Shown here piece by piece: positions 17,943 to 26,278 of a stretch of 52,178 nucleotides of DNA; position 1 is the first letter of the stretch; each line of letters begins with the position of its first letter. Location: the NCBI GenBank assembly GCA_028278305.1, contig JANQEP010000089.1, forward strand, positions 1 to 52,178. The letters run 5' to 3'. Made by a program: the position numbers and the translations under genes. Source of the stretch: Candidatus Gastranaerophilales bacterium. Its GTDB lineage: Bacteria > Cyanobacteriota > Vampirovibrionia > Gastranaerophilales > UBA9971. Below the pieces are notes generated by a model. The model was not told the DNA's origin and did not search any database. It saw only the letters and a program-made list of their open reading frames with translations.

Positions 17943-19448
17943 TTACTTCACATCAATTTCAAGGTCTCTTTCGAGTTTTACGTATATTTTCTGGTCTTCA
18001 GGAATCTTAATACTGCACCCGGGGGCGATAAGTCCGATAATTAAACCGGTTCCAACACCTATTATACTTCCCAAGGCTGCACCTTCTCCTGTTTCATCGG
18101 CAACCGCGCCGATGAAAAGTCCGAGAAGGGAGCCGAATGCTGTTATTGAGCCACCGACTATTCCCAGTCTTTTATAATTGCATTTACCGAATTTTTTATC
18201 AAAAAGCTCGGCATTCTCTATTGTTGCTGTTAGCGGATAAACTTCTCCTGAGGGCAATACTAGGTTAGTAATTTCTAAATCAACTTTACCGTTTCTGTGG
18301 AAAAGTCTGCCGTTTTTAAGTTCGGTTATCTGAGCAACCAGTTTACTTCCTGTCGGTATAAGTTTTGTTCCTTCTTCTGTTTGAAGGTTTTTGATAAATG
18401 TAAGGTTTACCAGTTCTCCCTCAGCTGCTTTTTTAGCTTTAAATCCTCCTTCAAAATTTACGGGAACTACGTTATGAGCTAATATTACAGCCTTTGAGCC
18501 CTGAATTTCCACTTCATTAACATTGCCTGAATATGCATTGGCTGGTAAGTGCTCAATTACTCTTTTATACTCTTCAACTTTCAGTTTTTTTGGATAATTT
18601 GCCTCTGAAAGGATTTTTTCTTCCTCAATACTCTGCTGAATTTCGGGTCCCTGAAATTCAGCCGTTAAAACTGAGGGGTTTTCCCTTAATTTATAGAGTA
18701 AAGCTGCTGTTTCAGCCCTGGTCATGTCTTTATTCGGGGTCAGGTTATTTCTATCGGGATAATTTACGTATAATTCGTTTTTTATAGCGTTTTTAAAAGA
18801 TTTTTTTGCCCATTTTGCAATTTTTTCATGGTCTTCAAAACGGCTAAGTATGCAATCTTTGTTTTGAACCCGTGTTAGAGGACACGGTGATATGCATTCT
18901 GAATCACAATCACTTTTATAGCTGCATGGCTTTTCGTAATCGCAACCTTCATTTTGTGTTAGAGGGCAGGGTGATGCGCATTCTGAATCACAGGGATCTG
19001 CACAATCAAAATGATTATCACAATCTTTTTTTATTGTTTTAGAAACTATAGATGTAGCTTCTGATTTTGTAATATTTCTATAAGGTCTAAATGTATTATC
19101 AGGATAGCCTACCACCAGTCCCAGCTGTTTTGATCTTAAAATATCTTCATAAGCCCAAAAATCAGGTGTAATGTCAGTAAAAGTATTTTCTGCATTTACC
19201 TGTATATCGTCTTTATCAAGAATTTCGATTACCATCTTAGTGAATTCTGCCCGGTTAACATTATTTTCAGGCTTAAAAGTCTCATCAGGATACCCGGCAA
19301 TAATACCTCTTTCTGTCAGGTTGTTTATTTCCTTATATGCCCAGTGATCATCCTGAAGGTCACTAAAACTGGCTGCAAATGCAGGCGACACGTTAAAAAA
19401 CAAAAGTAATGATGAAAGTGTCAATGAAATCAGCGCTTTAAAATTCAT
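17943..19448 (-). CDS. SLH-domain envelope protein with a duplicated Cys-rich module and a C-terminal glycine-zipper segment
   Basis: Signal peptide. SLH motifs (FSDLQDDHWAYKEINNLTERGIIAGYPDETFKP, FTDITPDFWAYEDI...VVGYPDNTFRP, and a third after the Cys region). GGAG RBS. Confidence 0.8.
   Translation of the reverse strand: MNFKALISLTLSSLLLFFNVSPAFAASFSDLQDDHWAYKEINNLTERGIIAGYPDETFKPENNVNRAEFTKMVIEILDKDDIQVNAENTFTDITPDFWAYEDILRSKQLGLVVGYPDNTFRPYRNITKSEATSIVSKTIKKDCDNHFDCADPCDSECASPCPLTQNEGCDYEKPCSYKSDCDSECISPCPLTRVQNKDCILSRFEDHEKIAKWAKKSFKNAIKNELYVNYPDRNNLTPNKDMTRAETAALLYKLRENPSVLTAEFQGPEIQQSIEEEKILSEANYPKKLKVEEYKRVIEHLPANAYSGNVNEVEIQGSKAVILAHNVVPVNFEGGFKAKKAAEGELVNLTFIKNLQTEEGTKLIPTGSKLVAQITELKNGRLFHRNGKVDLEITNLVLPSGEVYPLTATIENAELFDKKFGKCNYKRLGIVGGSITAFGSLLGLFIGAVADETGEGAALGSIIGVGTGLIIGLIAPGCSIKIPEDQKIYVKLERDLEIDVK
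18872..18998. repeat. direct ~42-bp duplication inside the SLH gene (Cys-rich module)
   Basis: GTGTTAGAGGACACGGTGATATGCATTCTGAATCACA (18872 onward) and GTGTTAGAGGGCAGGGTGATGCGCATTCTGAATCACA (18956 onward). They encode CDSEC(I/A)SPCPLT. Confidence 0.8.
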
Positions 19449-19556
19449 TTTTCTTCTCCTTTTTTTTCATAAAATATTTAAAATTTTATATACAATTTAA
19501 ACTTTTAAATTTTCTATATATGGATTTTAGCACGTTATCAAATATTATTTAATAAT

Positions 19557-19614
19557 TAAGAAAAAAGTAAAAAATTCCTGCGCATTTTATAAAACTTTTT
19601 GTTACATCCTTAAC
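19557..19614 (+). repeat. R1-related repeat, degenerate (TGCGCAT variant)
   Basis: AAAAAAGTAAAAAATTCCTGCGCATTTTATAAAACTTTTTGTTACATCCTTAA. Confidence 0.5.
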
Positions 19615-19620
19615 ATTTTA

Positions 19621-19648
19621 AAAACCTCTCATATTAATGAGAGGTTTT
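19621..19648 (-). terminator. hairpin terminator downstream of glnA
   Basis: AAAACCTCTCAT-ATTA-ATGAGAGGTTTT. The T-run follows on the minus strand. Confidence 0.75.
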
Positions 19649-19667
19649 TAGCTGAAAAATAATTGAA

Positions 19668-21029
19668 TTAATATTTTTCAAGGTATGTATCAATTTCCCA
19701 GGGAGTTACGCAGGTTCTGAACTCATCCCATTCCTGTCTTTTTGATGACATGAACTCGCTGAAAATATGATCACCAAGCGCATCTTTTGCAACCTGGCTT
19801 TTTTCCATTAAATCAAGGGCTTCGAGTAAACTTCCGGGTAATGCCTCGATTTTTAATTTCTTTCTTTCTTTTTCTGTTAACTGGTAAATATTTTGTTCTG
19901 CAGGTACAGGTGGTTCTATCTGGTTTTTAATACCGTCAAGAGCTGCTGTTAACAGCGCCGCAAAAGTAAGATACGGGTTACAGCTTGGATCGGGTGATCT
20001 TAGCTCAACCCTTGTTGCGTTACCGCGTTTTGCAGGAACTCTTAAAAGAGCACTTCTGTTTGCTGCTGACCAGGCAAGGTATACAGGCGCTTCATATCCC
20101 GGCACAAGACGTTTATAGCTGTTAACCAGCGGGTTTGTAATCGCTGTTATGCTTTTGATGTTTTTAAGCACACCGCCTATTGACCAGAGAGCTTCCTGGC
20201 TTAATTTATAAGGTCTTGAATCATCAAGAAAAGCATTTGCTGAATTTTTTGATAGCGAAAAATTAGTGTGCATTCCTGAGCCGTTTACTCCAAAAATTGG
20301 CTTTGGCATAAATGTTGCGTGTAAGCCATATTTTGCCGCTATAGACTTTACTGCGACCCTGAAAGTTACAACATTATCAGCTGTTATTAGCGCATCTTCA
20401 TATTTAAAATCAATTTCATGCTGACCTTCTGCTACTTCATGATGGCTTGCTTCAATTTCAAATCCCATATCCTGAAGTGTAGCAATCATTTCAGCTCTTA
20501 TATCTTCTCCCAGGTCATCCGGACCTACATCATAGTATCCTGCTGCATCGTGAGTTACACAGATAGGTTCTCCGTTTTCTCCTCTTTTAAAAAGGAAAAA
20601 CTCGCATTCAGGACCTACATTCATTTTATAGCCAAGTTTTTTTGCTTCTTCAAGAACTCTTTTAAGGTTGTTTCTAGGGCAGCCGTCAAATGGGGTTCCG
20701 TCCGGATTGTAGATATCACATATTAATCTTGCTACGTTTGAGCAGTCCTTTTCTCTCCAGGGAAGTAATGAAAATGTATTTTTATCAGGATAAAAATACA
20801 TATCAGAAGTTTCAATGCTTCTGAACCCCTTAATAGAAGAACCATCAAGCATCATTTCGTTATTAAGTGCCTTATCTATCTGACAGGCAGGAATAGCCAT
20901 ATTTTTCACATGTCCATTAATGTCTACGAATTGCAATCTGATGAACTTAACATTTTTTTCTTGAATAATTGCTTTGATGGCTTCGTTTGAAAGCTCCTGT
21001 TGATTTGGAATAAATAATGAATTTGTCAT
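19668..21029 (-). CDS. glnA: glutamine synthetase type I
   Basis: Motifs FVDINGH, GSGMHTNFS and NPLVNSYKRLVPGYEAP. AGGAGG RBS and a hairpin terminator downstream. Confidence 0.95.
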   Translation of the reverse strand: MTNSLFIPNQQELSNEAIKAIIQEKNVKFIRLQFVDINGHVKNMAIPACQIDKALNNEMMLDGSSIKGFRSIETSDMYFYPDKNTFSLLPWREKDCSNVARLICDIYNPDGTPFDGCPRNNLKRVLEEAKKLGYKMNVGPECEFFLFKRGENGEPICVTHDAAGYYDVGPDDLGEDIRAEMIATLQDMGFEIEASHHEVAEGQHEIDFKYEDALITADNVVTFRVAVKSIAAKYGLHATFMPKPIFGVNGSGMHTNFSLSKNSANAFLDDSRPYKLSQEALWSIGGVLKNIKSITAITNPLVNSYKRLVPGYEAPVYLAWSAANRSALLRVPAKRGNATRVELRSPDPSCNPYLTFAALLTAALDGIKNQIEPPVPAEQNIYQLTEKERKKLKIEALPGSLLEALDLMEKSQVAKDALGDHIFSEFMSSKRQEWDEFRTCVTPWEIDTYLEKY

Positions 21030-21231
21030 CTCTTCTATCCTCCTGTTTACTTTTTTAAGGTTAATATATTAATATTTCCAATCATTAATTTTTTAAATTA
21101 CCTGATAATGTTTTTAAGATGTAAATTTCTTTAAAAACCTGATAGCCCTATTTTAATTTCTATTTTATTACCTTTTATACTTAACATATTCATAATTATA
21201 CATAAAGTAAATTTATTTAAGAAATAAATTT

Positions 21232-21249
21232 TGTATTTTCAAAAATACA
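21232..21249. promoter_or_regulatory. perfect palindrome upstream of glnA (candidate operator)
   Basis: TGTATTTT-CA-AAAATACA lies ~200 bp upstream of the glnA start. A second palindrome AAATTTATTT-AAG-AAATAAATTT sits immediately beside it (21209-21231). Confidence 0.25.
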
Positions 21250-21417
21250 CATAATTTTTGCTGTAAAATTAATAAAAAATCAATAAAATATAAAAATTTC
21301 ACCCAAAATTTTTGTTTATTTAGCTCCAAATAATTATTTTTTTGTTTTTTTTACCCAAAATGAGTCTTAAAGTATTTTAAAATTTTTTTAAAAATCCTTA
21401 ACAATGCAAGTTATGAA

Positions 21418-23736
21418 TTAAATAACTTCTGAAACAGGATCCCTGTTTATGCAATCTATCGCCATGATTGCTGTTTTTACAAGTTCCCGGTTAATATCAG
21501 GAATCATTGTAAGCTGACGCAGCAAATCTAATGTTCTTTTAAATATTCTTACAAGGTCTCCTTCATCAACTTCAGAACCTGCAACCAGCTCTTCCCAGTC
21601 AACTCCAAGAGCCCAGTTTTCTATAAACCCTGAATAATCAGCAGTAAGATTAACAGGCACGGTTACATCATATTCCTGCTGCATACGCCAGAGCTTTTTC
21701 ATTAAATCCTGGGATTCATAAAGGGCTTTTCTCACTTTTTTGCCGATTTTATACTTTTGATAAAAATTGCTTCTTGTTTCCTCTGTAACTATCGCACAGA
21801 TTACAGCAGCAAGTTCTGCACAGGAAAGATCATCCAAAATTCCTCTTACAATAAGTTCTATAAAGAAAATTTCATTTTCAACCCTTGCCGCAGCTGTCAT
21901 AAAACCTTTTCGTGTGGGGTAATTATTTTCCAGATGACCGGTAAGTTCTGCTACCTTCATTAAATTCAGAAACTGCCGCCAGTAAATATCTTTTTCATAC
22001 TCAATTGAATCTTTAATTCTTCTGTATTTCCTATCGAAGCGGGGAAGGATTTCAAGGTTTCTTATGTGTTTTTTGTAATTTTTACACATATCGCATTTTG
22101 ATTGTTTTACTTTATTTTCCAGCTCCCTGGTTTTTTGCTCATGATCCTCAACTTCCGGGGGATATGGTTCTCCTTTTGAAACCTGTTTTTTAAGGACTTT
22201 TAAAGTTTTTCTATATTGAATAAACATATTCTTAAACTTATTATAATCTTTTACATCTTCTGCCGTAAGGTAATAAGGACATTTAAACCCTGTTATATCC
22301 TCAATAATGCCTTCTATTCTTTCCAGTTCAGTATGTAAAGGCTTGAGTCTTTCTACGGAAGTATGATAGCCAAAACTCTTAAGTATAAGCTCTCTTGCTT
22401 CTTCAATAGTAAACCTCTGAAGCAGGTTTAACACCATTGAATATCTCGGGGTAAACTTGCTCTCCAGAGGGTTTGCAGTAGAAGAAGCCAGTTCTGCCAT
22501 CTCTTCAGGGTGGTGATATGGATCTCCAATGGTGATTACATATCCGACTTCGTCCATTCCTCTTCTTCCCGCACGACCTGACATCTGTAAAAACTCACTG
22601 GAAGTAAGCACTCTGTGTCCTTCATCAGATCTTTTGCTTATAGAACTGATTATAGTAGTCCTTGCCGGCATATTAATTCCCGCTGCAAGGGTTTCTGTGG
22701 CAAAAACAACCTTTATTAATCCCTGCTGGAAAAGCTTTTCTATCAATCCTTTCCATCCGGGTAAAAGACCGGCATGATGTGCAGCGACTCCATGATACAG
22801 GTATTCAAGCTGTTTGCTTCTTGCAATGTAAGGATTATCCAGGATATACTCATCAATTATCTGCGAAAGCCTTCTTTCTTCAAAATTATTTAGTAATTTT
22901 AATTTCCGGCAGTCTTCCAGGTAGCCGTTACACCTTTTTCGGCTGAACGCAAAATAAATAGCCGGAAGCATATCCCTATCATTAAGAATTTTTATAAGCT
23001 TAACATGGGTTTTTTCATCTTTTTTAGAAGCTTTTATATACTTTCTGAACTTTTTTTCAGGTTTTATTTTTTTATTAAGCCTGCCTTCAGCTGAAAACAG
23101 TGGTAAAATCCTGTCTGCACAAGAATCGGAATAGTAAAAATGCCTTAATGGGACCGGTCTGAAATCACTGTTTACAAGGTAAGTTTCCCCCTGAACCTCG
23201 TTTATCCAGTCTGTTAATTCAACAGCATTGGCAATAGTAGCAGAAAGAGCAATTATATTAATATAACCCGGGCAGTAAATTATACTTTCTTCCCAGACCG
23301 TGCCTCTTTGCTCGTCGTTCATGTAATGAACTTCATCAAGCACAACGAAATTAACATTTTTTAAATTTTCTTCCACCTTGCCCAGGGTTGTTCCATAGAG
23401 CATATTTCTGAAAACTTCCGTAGTCATAACAACAATCTTTGCTTGCCTGTTAATGGAAATGTCACCTGTTAAAAGTCCTATTTTGTCTTTCCCGTAAGCT
23501 TCGCTAAAATCATGGAATTTCTGGTTGCTCAGGGCTTTAAGAGGTGTTGTGTAAAAAAGCCTTTTTCCTTCTTCAAGCGCTTTCATTATTGCGTATTCCG
23601 CGATAACGGTCTTTCCTGCACCTGTAGGTGCGCATACCACAACGTTTTTCAGTTTATTTATACAGGAAATTGCTTCAACCTGAAAATCATCAAGCTGAAA
23701 TTTAAATCCGTAATTTTCCTGCTCTACATTATTCAT
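21418..23736 (-). CDS. Ski2-like superfamily 2 DEAD/DEAH helicase (HelY-like, with a C-terminal DSHCT-like region)
   Basis: Motif I CAPTGAGKT, motif II DEVH, motif III SAT, HHAGLLP, motif VI MSGRAGRRG. A long C-terminal extension resembles the Ski2/Mtr4 arch and DSHCT architecture. Confidence 0.8.
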   Translation of the reverse strand: MNNVEQENYGFKFQLDDFQVEAISCINKLKNVVVCAPTGAGKTVIAEYAIMKALEEGKRLFYTTPLKALSNQKFHDFSEAYGKDKIGLLTGDISINRQAKIVVMTTEVFRNMLYGTTLGKVEENLKNVNFVVLDEVHYMNDEQRGTVWEESIIYCPGYINIIALSATIANAVELTDWINEVQGETYLVNSDFRPVPLRHFYYSDSCADRILPLFSAEGRLNKKIKPEKKFRKYIKASKKDEKTHVKLIKILNDRDMLPAIYFAFSRKRCNGYLEDCRKLKLLNNFEERRLSQIIDEYILDNPYIARSKQLEYLYHGVAAHHAGLLPGWKGLIEKLFQQGLIKVVFATETLAAGINMPARTTIISSISKRSDEGHRVLTSSEFLQMSGRAGRRGMDEVGYVITIGDPYHHPEEMAELASSTANPLESKFTPRYSMVLNLLQRFTIEEARELILKSFGYHTSVERLKPLHTELERIEGIIEDITGFKCPYYLTAEDVKDYNKFKNMFIQYRKTLKVLKKQVSKGEPYPPEVEDHEQKTRELENKVKQSKCDMCKNYKKHIRNLEILPRFDRKYRRIKDSIEYEKDIYWRQFLNLMKVAELTGHLENNYPTRKGFMTAAARVENEIFFIELIVRGILDDLSCAELAAVICAIVTEETRSNFYQKYKIGKKVRKALYESQDLMKKLWRMQQEYDVTVPVNLTADYSGFIENWALGVDWEELVAGSEVDEGDLVRIFKRTLDLLRQLTMIPDINRELVKTAIMAIDCINRDPVSEVI

Positions 23737-24007
23737 AGTATACCCGGCATCAGGAGTAATTCAGTAATAAAACCTTTTCTAGCTGCCAGTAACAGCTTCG
23801 GCTTTAAAAACAATCTAATATAGCTATAAATTATAGAATAGCAGATTTATAGCTCACCACAAAATTTTACTTTGTAAATTCATGTAACAACTATTTTAAT
23901 TTGAGTCAATAAATTAATTTTGATTGTTTTTATTTATATAGAGAACATTAAATATGTGAATGTGTGAATTTATATTGTGCCGATCTGTGTGCTTGGAGGA
24001 CAAAACT

Positions 24008-24223
24008 ATGGTTAAATCAGTCAACAATACTCCGTTAATCCCTATGCGCAGACCTGATACCACAGGTGTATTAGCGTCTAAACCAATTACCACCAACATA
24101 TTTGCAAGTGCAAACTTTACTGCACCAACAAGTATATTTGGAAGCCGCGGTGGCGGAGCTGAAACATCAGGAACATGTGCTTGTGGTTCCGGTGGTAGCA
24201 GCGGCTTGAGCGTCAATGCCTAG
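24008..24223 (+). CDS. hypothetical 71-aa peptide with a Gly/Ser/Thr/Cys-rich C-terminus
   Basis: GGAGGA (23995-24000) lies 7 nt upstream of ATG 24008. The C-terminus is GSRGGGAETSGTCACGSGGSSGLSVNA. A competing minus-strand ORF (23914..24216) has no comparable RBS. Confidence 0.45.
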   Translation: MVKSVNNTPLIPMRRPDTTGVLASKPITTNIFASANFTAPTSIFGSRGGGAETSGTCACGSGGSSGLSVNA

Positions 24224-24276
24224 ATTAATCAGTTTTTAAAATTAAAAATTTATAAGAATTTATCAGAGAGGAACTA

Positions 24277-24420
24277 ATGAAAAATAATAACCATACTGCT
24301 ATATTTACTGTCACGGGACTGCTTGTAATATCCTGTATGTTTCTTAATATAGTGGGTTTTACAGCACAACAAAATATAGACAGTCATAATGTTCACGTTA
24401 TTTCAGCATTTGACGGCTAA
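24277..24420 (+). CDS. hypothetical 47-aa single-pass membrane peptide
   Basis: GAGAGG lies 5 nt upstream of ATG 24277. Translation is MKNNNHTAIFTVTGLLVISCMFLNIVGFTAQQNIDSHNVHVISAFDG, with one hydrophobic helix. It is too short for the supplied ORF track. A hairpin terminator follows 17 nt downstream. Confidence 0.4.
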   Translation: MKNNNHTAIFTVTGLLVISCMFLNIVGFTAQQNIDSHNVHVISAFDG

Positions 24421-24436
24421 AAAATAATCAGAAAAA

Positions 24437-24472
24437 AGAGGCTGTTCCAAAAAAATTGGCAGCCTCTTTTTT
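24437..24472 (+). terminator. hairpin terminator after the two small ORFs (also faces the convergent M48 gene)
   Basis: AGAGGCTG...CAGCCTCT stem, preceded by AAAAAA and followed by TTTTTT. Confidence 0.7.
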
Positions 24473-24485
24473 GTGGAATTAACAC

Positions 24486-25346
24486 CTATAAGTCTTCATA
24501 ACCGCCCGGAACAGTTATATCATATCTGTTTTTTATTTCTTTTATATCCTGGTTTTTTTCAGAATTAAGAAAAAAATTTATATAATAAAGATTCTCTTCT
24601 TCATCTGCTAAAAACCTGGGATAATGGGTTTTTATATGATTATATACATTAAGAAGCCTTTTTGAGCCGGTAGGATGGGTATTAAAAGGCAATAAAAACA
24701 TAAATCCCAATTCTCTTATAAAAAGTTTGAATTTATAATAAGCGCTTTTTTCATGACAAATTTTGTTTAAAAAAGTAAGCATAGCAATCGGGTTGTAGCC
24801 TGCTTTTACCATATAGTCGATACCTTTTAAATCAGCGTTATATTCATAGTATTGGGGGGCAAAGTGCATTTTAATTCTTTTCCAAAGCCAGGGTCCGGTG
24901 CTTAACTGTTGTATATGCGCCAATTCATGGGCTAATATGGCAGCCAGTTCATCGTCATTATCAAAATAATAGAGATATCCTGAATAGACGGCAATTCTTC
25001 CATCACTATACCTTGCAAATGCGTTGTATGATTCCATATTGTATAATTTGACATTTATCAATCTAAAATTAACTCTTCTGGCAAACCTGTTTGCATTAAG
25101 CAGCCTGAAACCAATTTCATTTATTTTCCGCTGGTATTTGCCCTTTCTTTCCCAGAGTTTATAGTCATAAGGACGTTCTTTTCTTTTGTAAACGGCTTTA
25201 TCCTCATAAAGTTCATCCTGAATCTCTTCATATAACTCTTCATATAGTTCATAGTAAAGTTCATCCTGTGCCCGGGCGCTCCGGCCGGTAAAAAGCATAA
25301 GGCATGCCAAAATAAAAGCTAAAAAATACTTCTTTTTAAAAAACAC
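24486..25346 (-). CDS. secreted M48-family zinc metallopeptidase with an acidic ELYE-repeat N-terminal region
   Basis: HELAH zinc motif (AAILAHELAHIQ) plus a downstream YEYNADLKG...GYNP pattern typical of M48. Signal peptide. GTG 25346 has GGAG 6 nt upstream and is preferred over TTG 25352. Confidence 0.7.
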   Translation of the reverse strand: MFFKKKYFLAFILACLMLFTGRSARAQDELYYELYEELYEEIQDELYEDKAVYKRKERPYDYKLWERKGKYQRKINEIGFRLLNANRFARRVNFRLINVKLYNMESYNAFARYSDGRIAVYSGYLYYFDNDDELAAILAHELAHIQQLSTGPWLWKRIKMHFAPQYYEYNADLKGIDYMVKAGYNPIAMLTFLNKICHEKSAYYKFKLFIRELGFMFLLPFNTHPTGSKRLLNVYNHIKTHYPRFLADEEENLYYINFFLNSEKNQDIKEIKNRYDITVPGGYEDL

Positions 25347-25473
25347 GTTCAACTCCTCTTAAATCCGTATAATAAAGTTAATTTTAACTGAAACGTTAAT
25401 ATAATCCACAGCTAAAGAGCTTTTATTAAGAAAAATAAAGAGATTCAGCTTATGGGTTTAAGTGAAAAACTTT

Positions 25474-25527
25474 AAGGAGTAAACAATAAAAACTTACGCG
25501 TTTTAAAATTTTTTATTACTTACTTAG
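25474..25527 (+). repeat. R1 dispersed palindromic repeat, full copy
   Basis: AAGGAGTAAACAATAAAAACTTACGCGTTTTAAAATTTTTTATTACTTACTTAG. Its right arm contains the stop codon of the minus-strand DprA-like gene. Confidence 0.8.
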
Positions 25528-26078
25528 TCTAAATAAAATACTGTCACGACTTTATGGGATTCTTCAGCGTAAGCAACTGCTTTATGAAGAGTTCCGCTGG
25601 TATGGGAAAGAAAACAGATCATCTGCTGGCAGTCATCAATGATTTCCCTGTTGCAGATCCGGCTGGCATCAGCAAGAGTCATCATAGCCCTGTCAGCATG
25701 CTCTGTTATGTTCGGAATTCCTATGAGCTGGTCCTGAACATCAGAGGGCTGCTGCCCTATAGTCTGCGGAAGTATCACCTTAAGTGACTGCGGGTTAGCT
25801 TTCATAGCCCCTCTGATAGCAGCGGCGTTTGTTCCGCTGGAACCTCCGCTGGTAATGATTGAATTTCCCTGGACTACCAGAGCATATGTAAGAGTTTCTA
25901 TAATCTGCTGATGTGTTATGGGAAGGTTTCTACTGCCTATAATGGCTATTTTCTTGGCTGACTGCTGAATTGTAGCCAGCTCATGGGCGAGCTGGTCAGA
26001 CGTTTCCGGCAGGTCATCCACATCATCAAGATCATTAACGGGTACTGTTATCGAGGGACGTTCTTTATCTTCTGGCAT
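25524..26078 (-). CDS. short DprA/Smf-like (SLOG-type) Rossmann-fold protein
   Basis: IAIIGSRNLP...IITSGGSSGTNAAAIRGAM resembles the DprA/SLOG nucleotide-binding core. At 184 aa it lacks the DprA C-terminal domains. Confidence 0.5.
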   Translation of the reverse strand: MPEDKERPSITVPVNDLDDVDDLPETSDQLAHELATIQQSAKKIAIIGSRNLPITHQQIIETLTYALVVQGNSIITSGGSSGTNAAAIRGAMKANPQSLKVILPQTIGQQPSDVQDQLIGIPNITEHADRAMMTLADASRICNREIIDDCQQMICFLSHTSGTLHKAVAYAEESHKVVTVFYLD

Positions 26079-26278
26079 TCCGGGTTTCCTATTCTAATTC
26101 CATACTAATCTTTATTCGGCTTTTACATAAATTAAAGTTCAGGATATTTTATTTTTATTATAATACTTTAGGAAGCTCTTATACAATAATTTAAAATTTA
26201 CATTAACAGATTATACATTAAAATTATTAAATTTTTAAAGTGGCGGAGAATGAAAATTTTAAATAAACCGGAAAGAAA

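Noticed and set aside
21232-21249. NtcA or TnrA/GlnR operator upstream of glnA
   Set aside because: The spacing does not fit either consensus (GTA-N10-TAC instead of N8; an 18-bp site instead of the 17-bp TGTNA-N7-TNACA). It is reported only as a generic palindrome.
23914-24216. Minus-strand 100-aa ORF overlapping the 71-aa plus-strand peptide gene
   Set aside because: It has no Shine-Dalgarno-like sequence at its start, and its Pro/Val-rich translation looks like a shadow frame. The plus-strand ORF has GGAGGA at ideal spacing and a downstream partner ORF plus a terminator. The call remains uncertain.
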